Assembly (NCBI RefSeq): GCF_021869535.1
Contig: NW_026262734.1
Span: forward strand, 40,088,487-40,152,486
Direction: 5' to 3'
DNA: 64,000 nt
Origin: Mytilus californianus
Taxonomy: Eukaryota
Shown here: positions 46,453 through 61,064 of the stretch, piece by piece
Numbering within the stretch: the stretch's first letter is position 1
Layout: the number at the start of each line of letters is the position of its first letter
The notes under the pieces: model-generated
The model's database searches: none
The model's input: only the letters and a program-made list of their open reading frames with translations
Told to the model about the DNA's origin: nothing
Made by a program: the position numbers and the translations under genes

Positions 46453-49184
46453 GAAGACAAACAATTCCGTTAAATGACCTTTGAAAGGATAATGTATAAA
46501 AAAAACTTAAGATAATGAAATCCTGAATAAATGAAGTTTGTCATTTGCCTTAAACACGACAACTGATATAAGTTGGTGAATGTTGGTAAATGTAAGAGAA
46601 ATGTGATCAGCCTAGGGTTAAATAAATTGAATTTGTAGTAATACGACTTTGTTGTTTATAAAAATATGCCAAACTATCTGGCAATATTTAACTAATATGT
46701 AGCTTTCGGCTGTCTATACCCATAAGGTTCAAATATTGAACGTTTTAAGTGATGCTTCAGTGTTAAAAATGTGTTGTATGTTTAAAAAAACTTCTCCGTT
46801 TATTCGTTTGTCAACGATATGCAGCTTTCTTTATCGGTAACAATTAGCTTTGCTTATCAGCGATATGTAGTTTTCTTTATAAACCACCGTGATATGTAGC
46901 ATTCATTATCAGCGATAAGGAGTGTTTTTAACAGTGATTAGTAGCTTCATAAAATAAGGAGATTCGGGGTGCATTTCTTTCTAACCAAAATTTTGTAAAC
47001 GTTGTGTGCCGTTTGTTATCGTTTGCTAAACGCTACAAAAGTAGAAACAAATACAGCGTTTAATCAGTGTTTACTGACCCTGTTTGAACTTTCAATAATG
47101 CATGCACATGTTGTTGGTAAACAGACTTATAACAAAAGTTGAAACAAACACATCGTTTAATAAGGCTGAAGTTAGAAACAAATATAGCGTTTGTACTAAC
47201 AAACGATGAACGACTAACTGTAGACGCAGTTTTAGCGAGTGCATAGTTTGTCAAAGTTTAGGTTAACTTTGCAAACGTATGTTAGAAACAAATGATCAAA
47301 ACATGTGCTCGCTTAGCCGTTTGTATCGTTTGTGTTAGAAAGAAATGCACTCTTGGTATGATGGTCAATAAGACAACTATCAAACATATGTTCCAATGGC
47401 GTGAATTAAATCCTTGGTCACCAAACGGTTTTCAACAATGAGCAAAACCAATACCGCATAGTCAGCTATAAAAGTCCCGACATGACAACATGTGAATCAA
47501 TTCAAACAAAAAAAAAAACAAAAAGGACGGATTTATGACAAATGATAAACGAACCACAAATATATAACAGACAGCAACCAACGACAATCACTGAATTACA
47601 GGCTCTTGAAATTGGACAGGCACATATAAAGTGCGCTTTGGTTACACATGTGTTTGAGCTCTCAACCCCCTAACCTTTGGCAGTGGTGTAATCAGCGATA
47701 AGCAGCTTTATGAAAATAAGATGTGGTACGATTGTCAATGAGACAAATCTCACCCAGATACCAAATAACGTAGAAGTTAACAACTATAAGTCACATCTTG
47801 CTCTTTTGGTTAAAATATGTTTGTACCTGGTTTTGCCAACGGTTGGAATATGGCATACATGTGTTTCTACGGAAGGCCATACATCCCTTAATCTATTAAT
47901 TATAAACAATTTTCTGTCCAGTTTTGATATTACTTCGCTTTGTTAACTGCAATGGTTTTGTTTGATTTGTTATGATACAATTTGTTATCAAGTGTTACTA
48001 CTGATGAAAATAAAAAACTGTATGAGGAAGATATTTGTATGCACCTGTCCTAAGTCAGGAGCCTGTTGTTCAGTGGTTGTCATTTGTTGATGTGGTTCAT
48101 AAGTGTTTCTCGTTTCTCGTTTTATTATTTAGATTAGACCGTTGGTTTTCCTATTTGAATTGTTTTACACAAGTCATTTTTGGGCCCTACATAGCTTGCT
48201 GTTCGGTGTGAGCCAAGGCTCCGTGTTGAAGGCCGTACTTTGACTTATAGTTGTTTACTTTTTACACATTGTGACTTCGATGGAGAGTTGTCTCATTGGA
48301 ATTCATACCATATCTTTTTATTTCTATATGACGGTGTAATTCGGAAATTTGATGGTCGAAAACCTAGTTTAATATTTGCTATTGCCAGGTAAGATATTGA
48401 CGCCGGTAACTGTAATAGCAATGCTGTTATTCTTATTCAATTCATGATGACATTTAAAACGAGCATAAATTTCAATGAAATAACATTTTTGCCAAATTCT
48501 TGACACATTAAGTCAGCCATCATTTCCTGGCATCATATAAATGACCACTTGATCATACTGTATGTATTTTCACAATAGGGACGCGTATGAATATGAACTT
48601 GCATACTTCGCCGTCTCAAGTAGTTAGTGGAGTATACCCGTAAACTGAAAGGACTTACAAATTCTAAATACCATATTAAATGTACATTTGTATACTAGTT
48701 GTCTGTTCTATGGTCGGGTTGTTGTCTCTTTGACACATTCCCCATTTCCATTCTCAATTTTAGTAAATCTTGTAGATAATATAATGACGCATCTTCTAAC
48801 CTGAATGGACAATATCATGGAAGAGATTGTCTATTTTATTGTACAGTTATTTGTTCCGCAATAAAAACAATGAATAACGGCTATAAAATCATTTTTTGTC
48901 ACAATGACAGCTAGCCATCATGATATTTTATAGACATGAAAGGCTTAAATGACAAATCCCAAGTTTACATGGAAGTTACACATTGTTAAAACAAACACTC
49001 GCATAAATCAAATTCGGCCAAACCAAATGACAGAAAGTATACATGTGAGATAAGGATTCCCTCCCTTTACCTATGGAAAAAGTAGAAATTAAATAGAATG
49101 AACAAAGGTTTGATTTTCTCCTACTCGATCACATGACATCTTCTATGCTCTTAGAAATTCCAAAATATACCCAATGTATAATAA

Positions 49185-49570
49185 TAGGAGATGTGGTATG
49201 ATTGCCAATGAGACAACTTTCCTCCTAAGTTCAAATGAAGTGGATGTAAGGCAATTATAGGTAACAGTACGGCCTTCAACAATGAGAAAAACCCATACCG
49301 TATAGCCGAATATAAAAGGCCCAGACATGAAAAATATGAATCAATTCAATTGAGAAAACTAACGGCCTAATTTATAACAAAGCAATTAACGAAAAACAAA
49401 TATGACAGACATGAACCAACAATAACCACTGAACTACAGGTTCTTGACTGAGAACCGACACATAAAGAATGTGGCGGGGTTAAACATGTTTGTAAGCGCT
49501 TAACCTTCCCCCTATAACCTGGAACAGTAGCGTAACAGCACAACATAAGAACTAACTATAAAAATCAGTT
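49185..49570 (+). mobile_element. SINE/MITE-like element, family copy
   Basis: Carries the head GATGTGGTATGATTGCCAATGAGACAAC and the tail GAATGTGGCGGGGTTAAACATGTTTGTAAGCGCTTAACC...CCTGGAACAGTAGCGTAACAG. Confidence 0.65.
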
Positions 49571-49577
49571 GAAAAAG

Positions 49578-49705
49578 GCTTGTATGTTTACTTGTGAATC
49601 ACAAATATGCTTATATGTTTACTTGTGAATCACAAATATGTTTATATGTTTACTTGTGAATCACAAATATGTTTATATGATTGTTTACTTGTGAATCACA
49701 AATAT
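49578..49705. repeat. 31-bp tandem repeat x4 (GTTTACTTGTGAATCACAAATATG.TTATAT)
   Basis: Direct reading. Confidence 0.9.
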
Positions 49706-52620
49706 GATTATCTTCCTTTGTCATCAATGACCAAATATCTATTTTATTGAAAGGTTCACCTTTTGTTAAATTTAGATAAAATGGTAATTACAATAGTATG
49801 TGGGACAATCAGGAAAGTGAAAGTTGGACAAAGGCAGATATTTTAAATGTTGGATGATATCAAATTCATTAAGTCTAGTGGTTATATAGAAACATTTCCG
49901 TCAGTTAAATAGAGCGAGGATGCTTTTATAAAATATAATGATTTTGCCAGCGTTTTATCAGATTAAGAAGTATGCATAAATACATATCTCACAATGTTAT
50001 CATAATTCATATGAATTTAAAAAAAAAGAAAGATACGTTTCACTAAATCACCCAAAGCACCATTTGAAAGAGAGTAATACATCATACAAAAAACAGATTA
50101 AAACAGTTCATCATACATGTACTTAGTACAGTTAGCTATAGAAGAACAGTGCAGCACAATACATAAATGTAACAATGTTTGATTAATCACCACACATCTA
50201 TTAAAAAAGCACAAAAAATTATAGTTCATTACAAATCACAGTACAGAACACAAGGATCAACAGTTTTCCTTGGTGTTGCAGAAACGCATTGCAGACAGAA
50301 TACTAGTACTTGAAAATACTTAGCTCAACACTAATTCCGAAGTCTGGGTTTGACTTGTTTAACGAATATAAATGAACCCTTACATCTCCTGTACTTATTA
50401 AATGATTGTAGAATCGTATCTCTGTCAGATGATTCAGTAAAAAAAATATATAAGATTGGGATTTTACGTTGAATCACATTCAGCATCCTCTTGGGTGTTT
50501 CTCGGAGTCTCGGTCCAGTAATAGCTCAGTAGTTGTCGACTGAATTCCACACAAAAAGAGGTAATACAATCTAAGATTTGAGCAATGGTATTTGCTGTAT
50601 CTTAATGTTATATGTCATGAAAGCTTGATGCTATGGCGGTAAAGAAAGAATTGTAGTCGTGCGTTCTAGATGATAAATCACAGGCATCTTTCAACATTAT
50701 TTATTGAGGCCGTTGTGGTTTAATCTTGCGCTCGTATAGATCGTTTTGGGCAGTTATATAACAATTATATTTATATTAATTCATATTGATATAATTGTAG
50801 TGATGCTTTAATTATCGAGTTGATAGAATTAAAATGAAAGAATGCAGATTCAAATTCTTTTACATATTACATCAGAAATTGTATGTAGACAATTTTTTTT
50901 TTTTAAATTATAAACATAAAAATACAAAGAATCATGATGATATATGGATTGACATTTTTTTAACAACCAACCTGGTGATGTGTTAATTTATTGCATAACT
51001 CCTTCAAAATGTTGTGGAACAATCATACATTTCCTTGTGGGACAATCGAAAATAAGGTAAATTGTTCCTGAATCTTTTTCATACACGGATCTATTTCTAA
51101 CAGTCCTCCAATATTTCCTAAAATTCACAGCGTCACAGTTTCATTACTTGAAATTGTAACAGCCAATAATAAACGTCCAAATATAGCACAGAATTGCAAT
51201 TATGAAGTTTTTATGATCTTTATGTCATATCCTGTTTGTCTGGCGTTTCATGGTCAAATCTCACTTTATATGTTTCATTGAAAATGTTTTTCGGCGCTAC
51301 ACATTGCTATAGAGGCAGTAATGAAACAATATTGCATTTTATATTTTCATTGTGCATATTCTAGGGGGATTACTGATATCATCTTGATATCATCTTGATG
51401 TTTTATAAGATCTCTGAAACAAATAAGTAAGAGTTGTAGTTCGTTGGTAGATATCTATCAAATAGTTTCTTGTGACAAAATGTTGCATTTTCATGGCTTT
51501 TATTAACTAAAAACAATTTCAACAAATGGTGAAATTAAGACAACCATTGTTTATTGTGATTAATTATAATTGAATTCTAAGAATCGTCATATCCTGACAT
51601 TAAATATAAGTTTGAAACACAAAATGAAATAAATCCCACAACGGAGATGAAAAGAAATAAAAGAATATGTTGATAATGCGTCAAGGAGACAACCCCTATT
51701 TGTTATTCAAACATTTCAAACACATTTTCAATTTGATTATTAACTAACTGTATTTGCAAAGTAACTTATTTCAGTCTGACTTTCCTGAATTGATTTCCTA
51801 TCCTTTTGATTTCTTCTTCAGCATTGAAATTTCATTTTGATATTCATTTATACATGTATTTTCTGTATTCACTAGACCAGTTTTGACACTTCCAAACCTC
51901 TTCAAATACTTGTATACGGTTTTACTTTTACATTAAAAAAGATGCCATTTTGACATAATTTTCCTTTCGATATTCGATCACCGATTCAAAAATAAATTTC
52001 GCTTACATGCTTACATTATGTACAACATAACCGTGATACAGATCTCAACATTTTTCTGTTTTAAAATTATGTACAGTTTGTTCTTGACATGGCACAACAT
52101 TGTGTCTCCCCCTTCTATTGATGACATTACTGTGTGAAATCATCTATGAAATATTACAACCGATATTAGAATGTTATTTCATATCAGCAGACGAAGTACT
52201 TTCAGCCTGCTTTTGTGACTTCGATATGAAATTAGGGATATATGTAGTGATTGATAACGAGACAGCTATCCAACATAAACTAACGATCAAAGATGTAAAC
52301 AACTACAGGTCACCATACGTCCTTCAACAACGAACAAAAAACCTGTACAATAATAAAAAGTAAGCTATACGGAAGATTCAAGGATAACACAATGTGAAAT
52401 ATTTCAAAATAGAAAACTAACAGATTATCTTATGTTGGTAAACTTAAATGAAAACAGTTGTGACAGACGGCAACTGACGACACCCACTTTGCTAAATGCT
52501 CTGGGTTTTGGACAGGTACATATAGAAAGCAGGAAGGGTAAACATGGTTATGAGTGGTCATCCTTTCGATAACAATGGACATTGGTGTAGAAGCATAAAG
52601 TCAAATCGTTTTCTTAACAA

Positions 52621-52668
52621 AACAAAAAAATACAAAACAAAACAAAACAAAACAAAACAAAACAAAAC

Positions 52669-52699
<31 letters not shown>

Positions 52700-52738
52700 C
52701 AAAACAAAACAAAACAAAACAAAACAAAACAAAACCAA
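52621..52738. repeat. (AAAAC)n microsatellite, ~23 units
   Basis: Direct reading. Confidence 0.95.
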
Positions 52739-54149
52739 TACAAGAGTATGAGCTGTTACTGAAAGCTAGTTTAAGACCCCATTTCGACTTATAAATCGAT
52801 CATATTTTCACAAACTATATAATCAGTCAGTACACCTCATCAAATTTAGTATAAAGACGTCACAATCAGTTTGAAAGAAAAAACCACGACCTTGTGCATT
52901 GCTAAAATAAATATAAATAGAATTTAGGACCATAAATGTTAATAATTATATAGCAGTATAATTGTGCTTAGTTATGTATAAAACCTTTAAAAATCAAATC
53001 AGTGTTAAAAATAACATTCAAAGATCTCAACACAACACAACGATAAATTGAGGATCTCAATCAAAGAATATGTTTATTTAAAGGACCAATAAGTTTACAA
53101 GGATCGTTTCGAAATATACGAGATCTATAAAGAGCGAGCAATATTTGAAACGCGTATCATATTGTTTATCATTTAATATATGTACTTGTGTTCTTGTTTT
53201 CTTTTAAAAAATTATTGTAGAGATTAGTGCAGTGTATGTCTACTAGTTATCATTGCATGTAGATTTTGTAATAAAATTGAGAATGGAAATTGGAAAAGTG
53301 TCAAAGAGACAACAACCCGACCAAAGAGCAGACAACAGCCGAAGTCCTACAATGGGTCTTCAACATAGCGAGAAAATCCCGCACCCGGAGGCGGACTTTA
53401 GCTGGTCCCTAAACAAAAATGTGTACTAGTTCAGTGAAAATGGACGTCACACTAAACTCCAAAACATATAAATGAACAAAAATTAAAAAAAACATACAAG
53501 ACTAACAAAGGCCAGAGGCTCCTGACTTGGGACAGGCGCAAAAATGCGGCGGGGTTAAACATGTTTTGTGAGATCTCAACTCACCCCTATACTTCTAGCC
53601 AATGTAGAATAAACAAACACACAGCAATAAGTCCACTTCTTAAGATTAAAATAGAGGTAGGGTTAAAAAAGAGAGGCGAACGATACCAAAGGGATATCCA
53701 AACTAATAAGTCTAAAATAAACTGACACCATGGCAAAAAAGAAAAAGACCAAAGGACGAACAACAGTACACAAAATACAAGTTGTTAACATAGAAAAATA
53801 AAGACTGAGCAAACGAACACCACCACAAACCGGGGTAATAAAAAAAGATTTCAAAAACAATGTTACCCCTTCCATATATTTATCCTGCAATCAGCCAAGT
53901 ATTGTACAAATAACAGGTACACAAATAAATGTTTGCTTTATGTGTACTTGTACAAATAAAGTCTCCTGTTACCCCTCTTCATGTTGAGCAAGCGGTAATG
54001 TGGATATTTCTTTTTGCGTACCAGTTCATTTTGGGGGTCCTCTTCGCGGTCCGCGTTTAAACTATGTCGATTTCTCTGAAAAATTGAGACAATGATTTAA
54101 ATTTTAACAACTAAAGTTTCAAGTGTTGGGTGTAAATTTCAGGATAAAA

Positions 54150-54292
54150 ACAATATATGTACATTGTCGGAAAATATAAAATGTAGGTGTACTCGCTGCG
54201 AAACAGGAGAAAAGCTCAGCGAGCCTCGCTTTTCGTCCTGTTTCTAAAGCTCATACAAATAAATTTTATATTTTCCGACAATGTACATATAT
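54150..54292. mobile_element. ~140-bp palindromic MITE/hairpin (TIR TGTACATTGTCGGAAAATATAAAAT)
   Basis: 54150-54182 pairs with 54262-54292. The inner pair AACAGGAGAAAAGC/GCTTTTCGTCCTGTT gives near-perfect dyad symmetry. Confidence 0.6.
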
Positions 54293-56859
54293 TGTACATT
54301 TACTTGTGTCCCAAATCAGAAACCTCGTTTGTGGTTGCCTTTTGTCAGATATGAATGCGTTTTGTTTTGTTATGTGGAAAATGTGTTGTCGATGGCGGAT
54401 ATTTGTATCTTTTTCATCTATTCATAACGTTATGATGATTATTAAAAGATCTTGCTTTCCTATTATATTGCTATTTGTCTGTTCTCGTTTGGTGTAGTAC
54501 ACTTGGTACCGTAGATATAATTTACTTTGTCTATTGCTGAAGTCTCTATATGTTGCACATTAGATGTTTTTGATTATTTGTGTAGGTGGATTGCTGTCTA
54601 CAAGATATATATTTTTTCTTCATATGTGCACGGCACGTTTTTCTGAAATAAACTTCGTCAGGTTTCAGAAGGGATAAAAAAGATTACTTTGACAGTGAAA
54701 TTTAGTAGTTTCAGGGAGACTAATTAGAAAATAATAAGATAACCTAAACTGTCATTACATATTGTGGCATTTCATTATGCGCTTGGAGTTTCCTTTAAAT
54801 AATATTGACCATCCTATTTAGTCTAAGGTAAATGAATTTAACCTTTTTGTTCGATAAAAAGATACCATGAGTCTGGATGGGCAGTGTATTTTTTTAACGA
54901 ATAAACGCCTATCAATTGTTTATCTTTCATGAAATGTTATTTTGAAGTCTTTTCCAATTTACAGTTGTTTTTTTTAAACATACCTTGTACGTTTTGTAAT
55001 TAGTGAACTCAAATATCCACTTAATTCTCGTGAATCATGCATTAGCATTTACAAAGATTAATTAAGAGTAAACAGTCACGTTGTTGGTTTAAATCGTGGA
55101 TTATGCTGACATTTTAGATTAATGAATAGGATTTATAAATATGTCCGATATTAACTAAATAAAGCGACGAACGCAAAGTGATGGCAACAGAAAACTGAAC
55201 TATATAGGTCTACACAATTCCCAACTTAAAATAATACAAACATTAACTTATATCATTAATATCTAAATGTAAACTCGACTTAAAACTATCAACCAATTGG
55301 CAGCAGAGAGGTTTCGTAGATACAATAATGAACATTCACACATTATAGACTTCAAGGAAAGAGTTGGATTCCCAGTGACGGGGGATGAAAATTTCAAAGA
55401 TTAAAGGTAAGAAAAATCATAAAATTATTCAGGTTAGATTTGGCGAATATAATTAGTGAATCTATTTCAGTGACCGATTTAAGACGAGTTGATACTATAA
55501 AACAAGACACCACAGTAATTGAATAGACTGACGTCACCAGGAATACTCGAGACCTAGACTGGTACCCTGCCATTATTTTGTATATTCCGAATTCATACTG
55601 AATATTTTACGGAGGGAACCAACATAGCTCGAGATCTAACTTTGGAAAGCAAAAATATAAAACGTTGTAGAGCTTAAAAACAATTCAACTTTAGTTGAAC
55701 AAGCAAACCCGTCGATGGTCAACTGTTCCCGAGGGATTTGCAACTTTTGCTTTAGAACAAATGACTTTAGCAAATAAATTTAAACTGGAACTGGACGTCG
55801 TGATAGAATTGTGTTATCTTTGGTTGACTCCGCTTACTGGTAACCTTTTGATTGTCCTATGTTAAACATGTAAAACTGAAGCATAAAAAACAAAAATGTG
55901 AATTTATATATTGAAATAATAACATAGGATTTTAGACAAACTTATCACACTTTTCAACGCATTGCATAACACGAGGGGTTTCATCATTGAAGACGGAATT
56001 ACTTATTCATTCTCAAAGCCAGAGTTCATCCACTGCGGTTTATATTTCCCTGTTTTCTGTTTTTGTGATTTATTAAATTTCGAAATATCTTCAGGATAGA
56101 CATGATACTTCAACAATTCCACTATTATTTGATGTCGTAACACTTACTATGACTAATCATTTAACTTTAACACAAGTTACACAAGAGAAGTTACTAGTGG
56201 AACCCGGACCGCATATCCTTTTGGAGCATCTTCGATGATATTGTAAAAAGAAGAAACAGATTTACTTCCGAATCAATATTGCCAAAAGATATTGTCATAA
56301 TGTAACTGCTGTTCAAACTCATCCTAGCAAAATGAATAAAGTAGAAAGAACACTCGGAAAAGGAATTTTGTGAAATTTTCGTAGATGTTGCATCCACAGA
56401 TAAACAAGAGTCAAAATGACACATACGGAGATTGTAGTCTCAGTGAATTTTCTTGTCAGAAATTAAAACAAATATGTTTAAGTATCGTATCCATGTATCA
56501 ACTTTAATGGCATATGTTTTCCTACAAAAATGGAATCAGGTTAGTCAGTGAAAATTTATTATATATTTGTATTCAAAACTGCCTTGTATAAATTAGGCCG
56601 TTTGTTTTCTAAACTGAAATGTTTCACATTTCTCATGTCGGGGCCTTTTATAGCCGACTATACAGTATACGTTTTTTCATTGTTGAAGGCCTTAGGTTGC
56701 CTATAATTGCTTACATCCACTTCATTTGAACTTTGATGGATAGTTGTTTCATTGGCAATCATACTGCATCTCCTTATTTTTACATTGCCATTCCTGTTGC
56801 CCGTAATTTGTTGACATATGTTCTATAAATCTCGACTTATTATTACTAATCTCTGGGGG

Positions 56860-57118
56860 TCTGGATGGGGTTTACAGAACAGAGAATAAAGGGACAAAAT
56901 AGAGAAAAAAAGACAAAAATATAAAATAAAGGATACAGAACAATAAGCAAAAAAAGAAGTACAGAAAATAATGGGGTGCTAAATATAAAGTGTAGAGTAA
57001 AGTGAGCAGACAAAATAAAGTATTGATAATAATGTTGTGCTAGAATATAAAGAATAAAGATTATTGAGCAAGGAAATAAAGTAAACAGAAATGAAGACTC
57101 CATCCAGACCCTCAACTA
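56860..57118. mobile_element. MITE with TIRs GGGTCTGGATGG(G)GTTTACAGAA.AGAGAATAA and internal (ttctctattctttaatttt)-type repeats; related copies at 41262-41480, 17060-17330 and 18866-19130 (inside the foldback arms), and a fragment at 59827-60170
   Basis: 56862-56900 (GGGGGTCTGGATGGGGTTTACAGAACAGAGAATAAAG) pairs with 57095-57118 (AGACTCCATCCAGACCCTC). The same terminus GGGTCTAGTGGGGTTTACAGAATAGAGAATAA occurs at 18866, with its complement at 17300-17330. Confidence 0.6.
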
Positions 57119-60100
57119 TCATTGAATTATGGATATTATATAGAAACGTGTTCTAGCTTATCATAAAAAAAATGGCCAGTATACAATCCTATAATAAAAA
57201 AATAAGGAGATGTGGTATGATTGCCTATACGACCACTATCTACCAAAGACCAAAGGACAAGGATCGTATTGGTCACATAACGGCATTGGATAATGATCAA
57301 AACCCATACTGATGATAAGCTATTAAAAAACTCAGCAACGATACCAGGCTTATACGCCAGACTTGTGTTTCGTTAACAAAAAACTTACCAGTGACGCTCG
57401 AATAAAAAAAGTTAAAAGGCCAAATAAATAACAAAGTTGAAGAGCATTGAGGACCCAAAATTCAAAAAGTACAAGGTACGATAGGATTTAAAACAGTGCA
57501 ATAGAGAAAACCAATCGCCTGATGTTGATCTTCCATGCAAGAATTAATTTTTATGGTATCTTTGATAGGATGATGACTGCTTTTATTAATTTTAGTCTTG
57601 TGGTCTAACTAATAAAAAAAAGGATACCAAACCAGCAATGATGAAAGGAAATAAAAAATATCAAAATCTCGAGGACAATATTAGAACGGGAACTTTGCAA
57701 TTGCGCCAATTTTTTTTTAATACAGTATTTCATTTGCACCAAAAATAAATACTGCTTCTTTGACATTTTAATTTACATTGAATCCAGAATACACTGCTCG
57801 TCAAAGAAACTCACCTTCCTTTAATACTTAAGTTAGTCCATTTTTCATGACCATACATATAGTTTATCTGAGAATTGAAAAGCTTGCAAAGCCAGAATCA
57901 CAAACCATATAGACAGCAAAACTATTATACAGAGATTGAATGAACACAACAGCGGTCTTGACTGGCAGACAGCAGAATCTCAGAAATCTCAGCAATTAAG
58001 AAGAGTTCGATAAGCAACCGCTGACATTTCGGAAAGACCATCAAACTTTATCCTGCTTTACCGGAAAAATAGCAGATGAATACATATCTTTATATATTAT
58101 ACTATTAACCTCTTTTATTGGCGTAAATGAAATATGGTTTCTGGCACAAATGAAAGATTTTAGGCACAAAAGTAAAGCACCGATAAGAACGAAACAAATT
58201 AAAAGCAGCGAGGTGACAGTTGTACGATCGAGCAAAGTAGTATGTGTACGAACGTCCAATACTTAAAATTGACGCTTTGAGCAACAACAACAACAAAAAA
58301 TGAAAAAAAAGAAGAACAAAATCTATATGAAAAAAGAAGTGCAGTTCATATTTTTATATAAAAAAGTAGACAACAAAAATACCGAACTCCAAGGAAAATT
58401 CAAAACGGAAAGTCCCTTATCAAATGGCAAAATCAAAAGCTCAAACACATCAAATGAACGGAAAACAACTGTCATATTCCTGACTTGGTACAGGCATTTC
58501 CTTAAGTAGAAAATGGTAGATTAAACAAAACAGAACATAAATCTAGTAATGATATAATAAATTATGTATCCAATAAATCACTACATCAACTTAAATAAGG
58601 TTACACCATAGTAAATCTGACCAAATAAATCCAAATGTTCGCTTGCTGAAGGAATAAAATTCTTGACATGTAATATTTATTCATATTATGTTACGATTCC
58701 GCAGTAAATAATGACAGATTTGTCTCCCGTGAAGTCAGTTTTACACATTTATACTCTCTGTACATATATTTTATTTCACAGTATGCACATCTAACTGCAT
58801 ATACCGTAGTAGAATGCGGTAATAATATTGTCTTCCTTTAGCTAAAACATGACAAGAGGTGATATATACATATCAAGACAATCATTGTCACGCGTAGTCA
58901 GACCTATCCATTATTACCTACTAGGAGTATCTGTCATTCAAGAAAAAAAAATATATTGATCATTTTCTATATGTATTGGGATTTTACTAAATAATAAGGT
59001 AAAGGAATTATTTAACTTTTTGTCATTTTTTGGTGATGGTTTTTATATTTGATATGCAGTAACGGGATAAAAATAAGAAAAAGAAAATATAAATTTTTCG
59101 AAATACATTTTGTGTTTAGTTGTTTACATGTAGCATCCATATAATGCACTCATCTATAAGTATCAGAATTCAGAAATCGCTATTTTATCTGAAGTAACGT
59201 CTTTCTAAAGTTGCTTTCCTTGCGTTTTACAAATGTAGCAATTCTGAGGCCATTGCTAATAGTTCTCAAAAATTAATGCCAAAAATATGGTCATGATAAT
59301 TTTTTTTTTTTTTGCAATATGTAGAGAAAACATATCCACAATTAAAAAACGAGTTCGAAATATTTCGATTTTGTTACTGTTAACAAAGACATCTTATGTT
59401 ACGCAATAAAACCAAACAAATTATAAAGAGGCGTCTGACATTTGGTACGGCAGTTCGCAAGCAAACAAATTAATTTCAAATGCTAATACTTGTCAACTTA
59501 TATAGTGTTGTTATTTTTATTTTTATTCACGATAAGTCGTTAATGACAAATCTGCAATTATGAACATCATGATATTCAAATTTTATGTTTATATTAATAT
59601 TCTAATTTAGCTTATACCTTGCCAAAAATATTTCATATTATTCAGTGATGTCAGTGACGAATCTAGAATAGAAAACCTGAATATGTCTTGAGTTAAATTG
59701 ATATTCCTTTATGACGGACTTCTGTAAAGTACATCATTCTTAATTATCATATCAATACATCTATATATCATGATGCTAATAACCATTATAACAGCTAGAA
59801 CTTTTAAGATTTGTTAACCTGGATTTGTTATGAAGTCTGGATGGCGGTCCTTCGTTTCTGTATTCTTTTATTTTCGGGTCCATTTTCTTTATCTTTAAAA
59901 ACAACGCTTGTTCTGTAAATTCTCATGAAAATTATTTTCCAATTAAATCTATCTGTAATTATATGATATCTTTATTCGCCGGTACGTCGTTTATTCCTGT
60001 AATCAGTATTGTGTCACCGTAGCCTAATTCTTTTATTATCCACTGCTATTCTTTAATACTATTGCACCTCATTATTATCTATTCTTTACCTTTTTTGCAA

Positions 60101-60166
60101 TTTTTTCTCTATTCTTTATTTTTTCTCTGTTCATTTTTTATTGCCATTATTCTCTTTTTCGTAAAC

Positions 60167-61064
60167 CTGGGGCCTGTTTATCGAAGCTGTCCTAGGATTT
60201 CTAAGACCTCTCTTAGGAATAAATTAGGATAAAGTTAGGACCGACTTACGACATGTCTCAGCATGCACACCGAAGCTATCTTAGGACTATCTTAGTTAGG
60301 ATGTCCTAACAGCTGTCCCAAGTGTTAGCGTAAAGAAAAATAGGAATTTTATAAATTTTAAGAATGCATTGAATTCATCAGTAGTAAATAATTACAAGAT
60401 TAAAAATTAAAAATATTATTAGTATTATCATAAAGAAAATAAATAATATTTATCTAAAGAATGGTACATTCAAACTTTATGAAACAAAAACAAAAACACA
60501 AAAAAATGTGACGACGTTTTATATAATAATTGAAAAAAAAAATGTTTGTGAAAAGCAGTAACAGTGAAAACTAATAAAAGACCATCGGAAACAATCATTA
60601 TATATTTTCGAGTGAGTTTAATTCGAAGTGTCACGGTTTTATACTTTATAGAGTTCAAAGGCAAATCTCGTGCATCTTTCATTAAAATAAGGAATACATT
60701 AAGTATTTCATTACGGATCATATGCGCTTGGGTAATGAACCCCCTTTTTCTGAACTTTTTTTCAAAGTGAATATTCTTTAATATTTTAACCTATGTACAT
60801 TTATTTACATTAAAGGAGGATCCATACATAGGAGGCAATCGTATTTATTTACAAATTAACCATCATAAAATATTTCCTAAAGTTAAGATCATCCTAAGAC
60901 CATCTTAAGACACCTATTGAGGTGTCTTAAAGTTAGGACGATTCCTACGACTTTTCCTAAGTTACGACATGTTTGATAAACCCACTTAAGACTAAGATAC
61001 GTCCTAAGATGATCTTAGGACAAGTCTTAGTCCTAAGAGCGCTTCGATAAACAGGCCCCAGACC
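60167..61064. mobile_element. ~900-bp element bounded by 21-bp inverted termini CTGGGGCCTGTTTATCGAAGC, with internal TCCTAAG/CTTAGGA-rich subterminal repeats
   Basis: 60167-60187 is the reverse complement of 61044-61064. Subterminal blocks are mutually inverted (gtcctaggatttctaagacc... vs ...gtcttagtcctaagagc). No clear TSD or transposase ORF is visible. Confidence 0.6.
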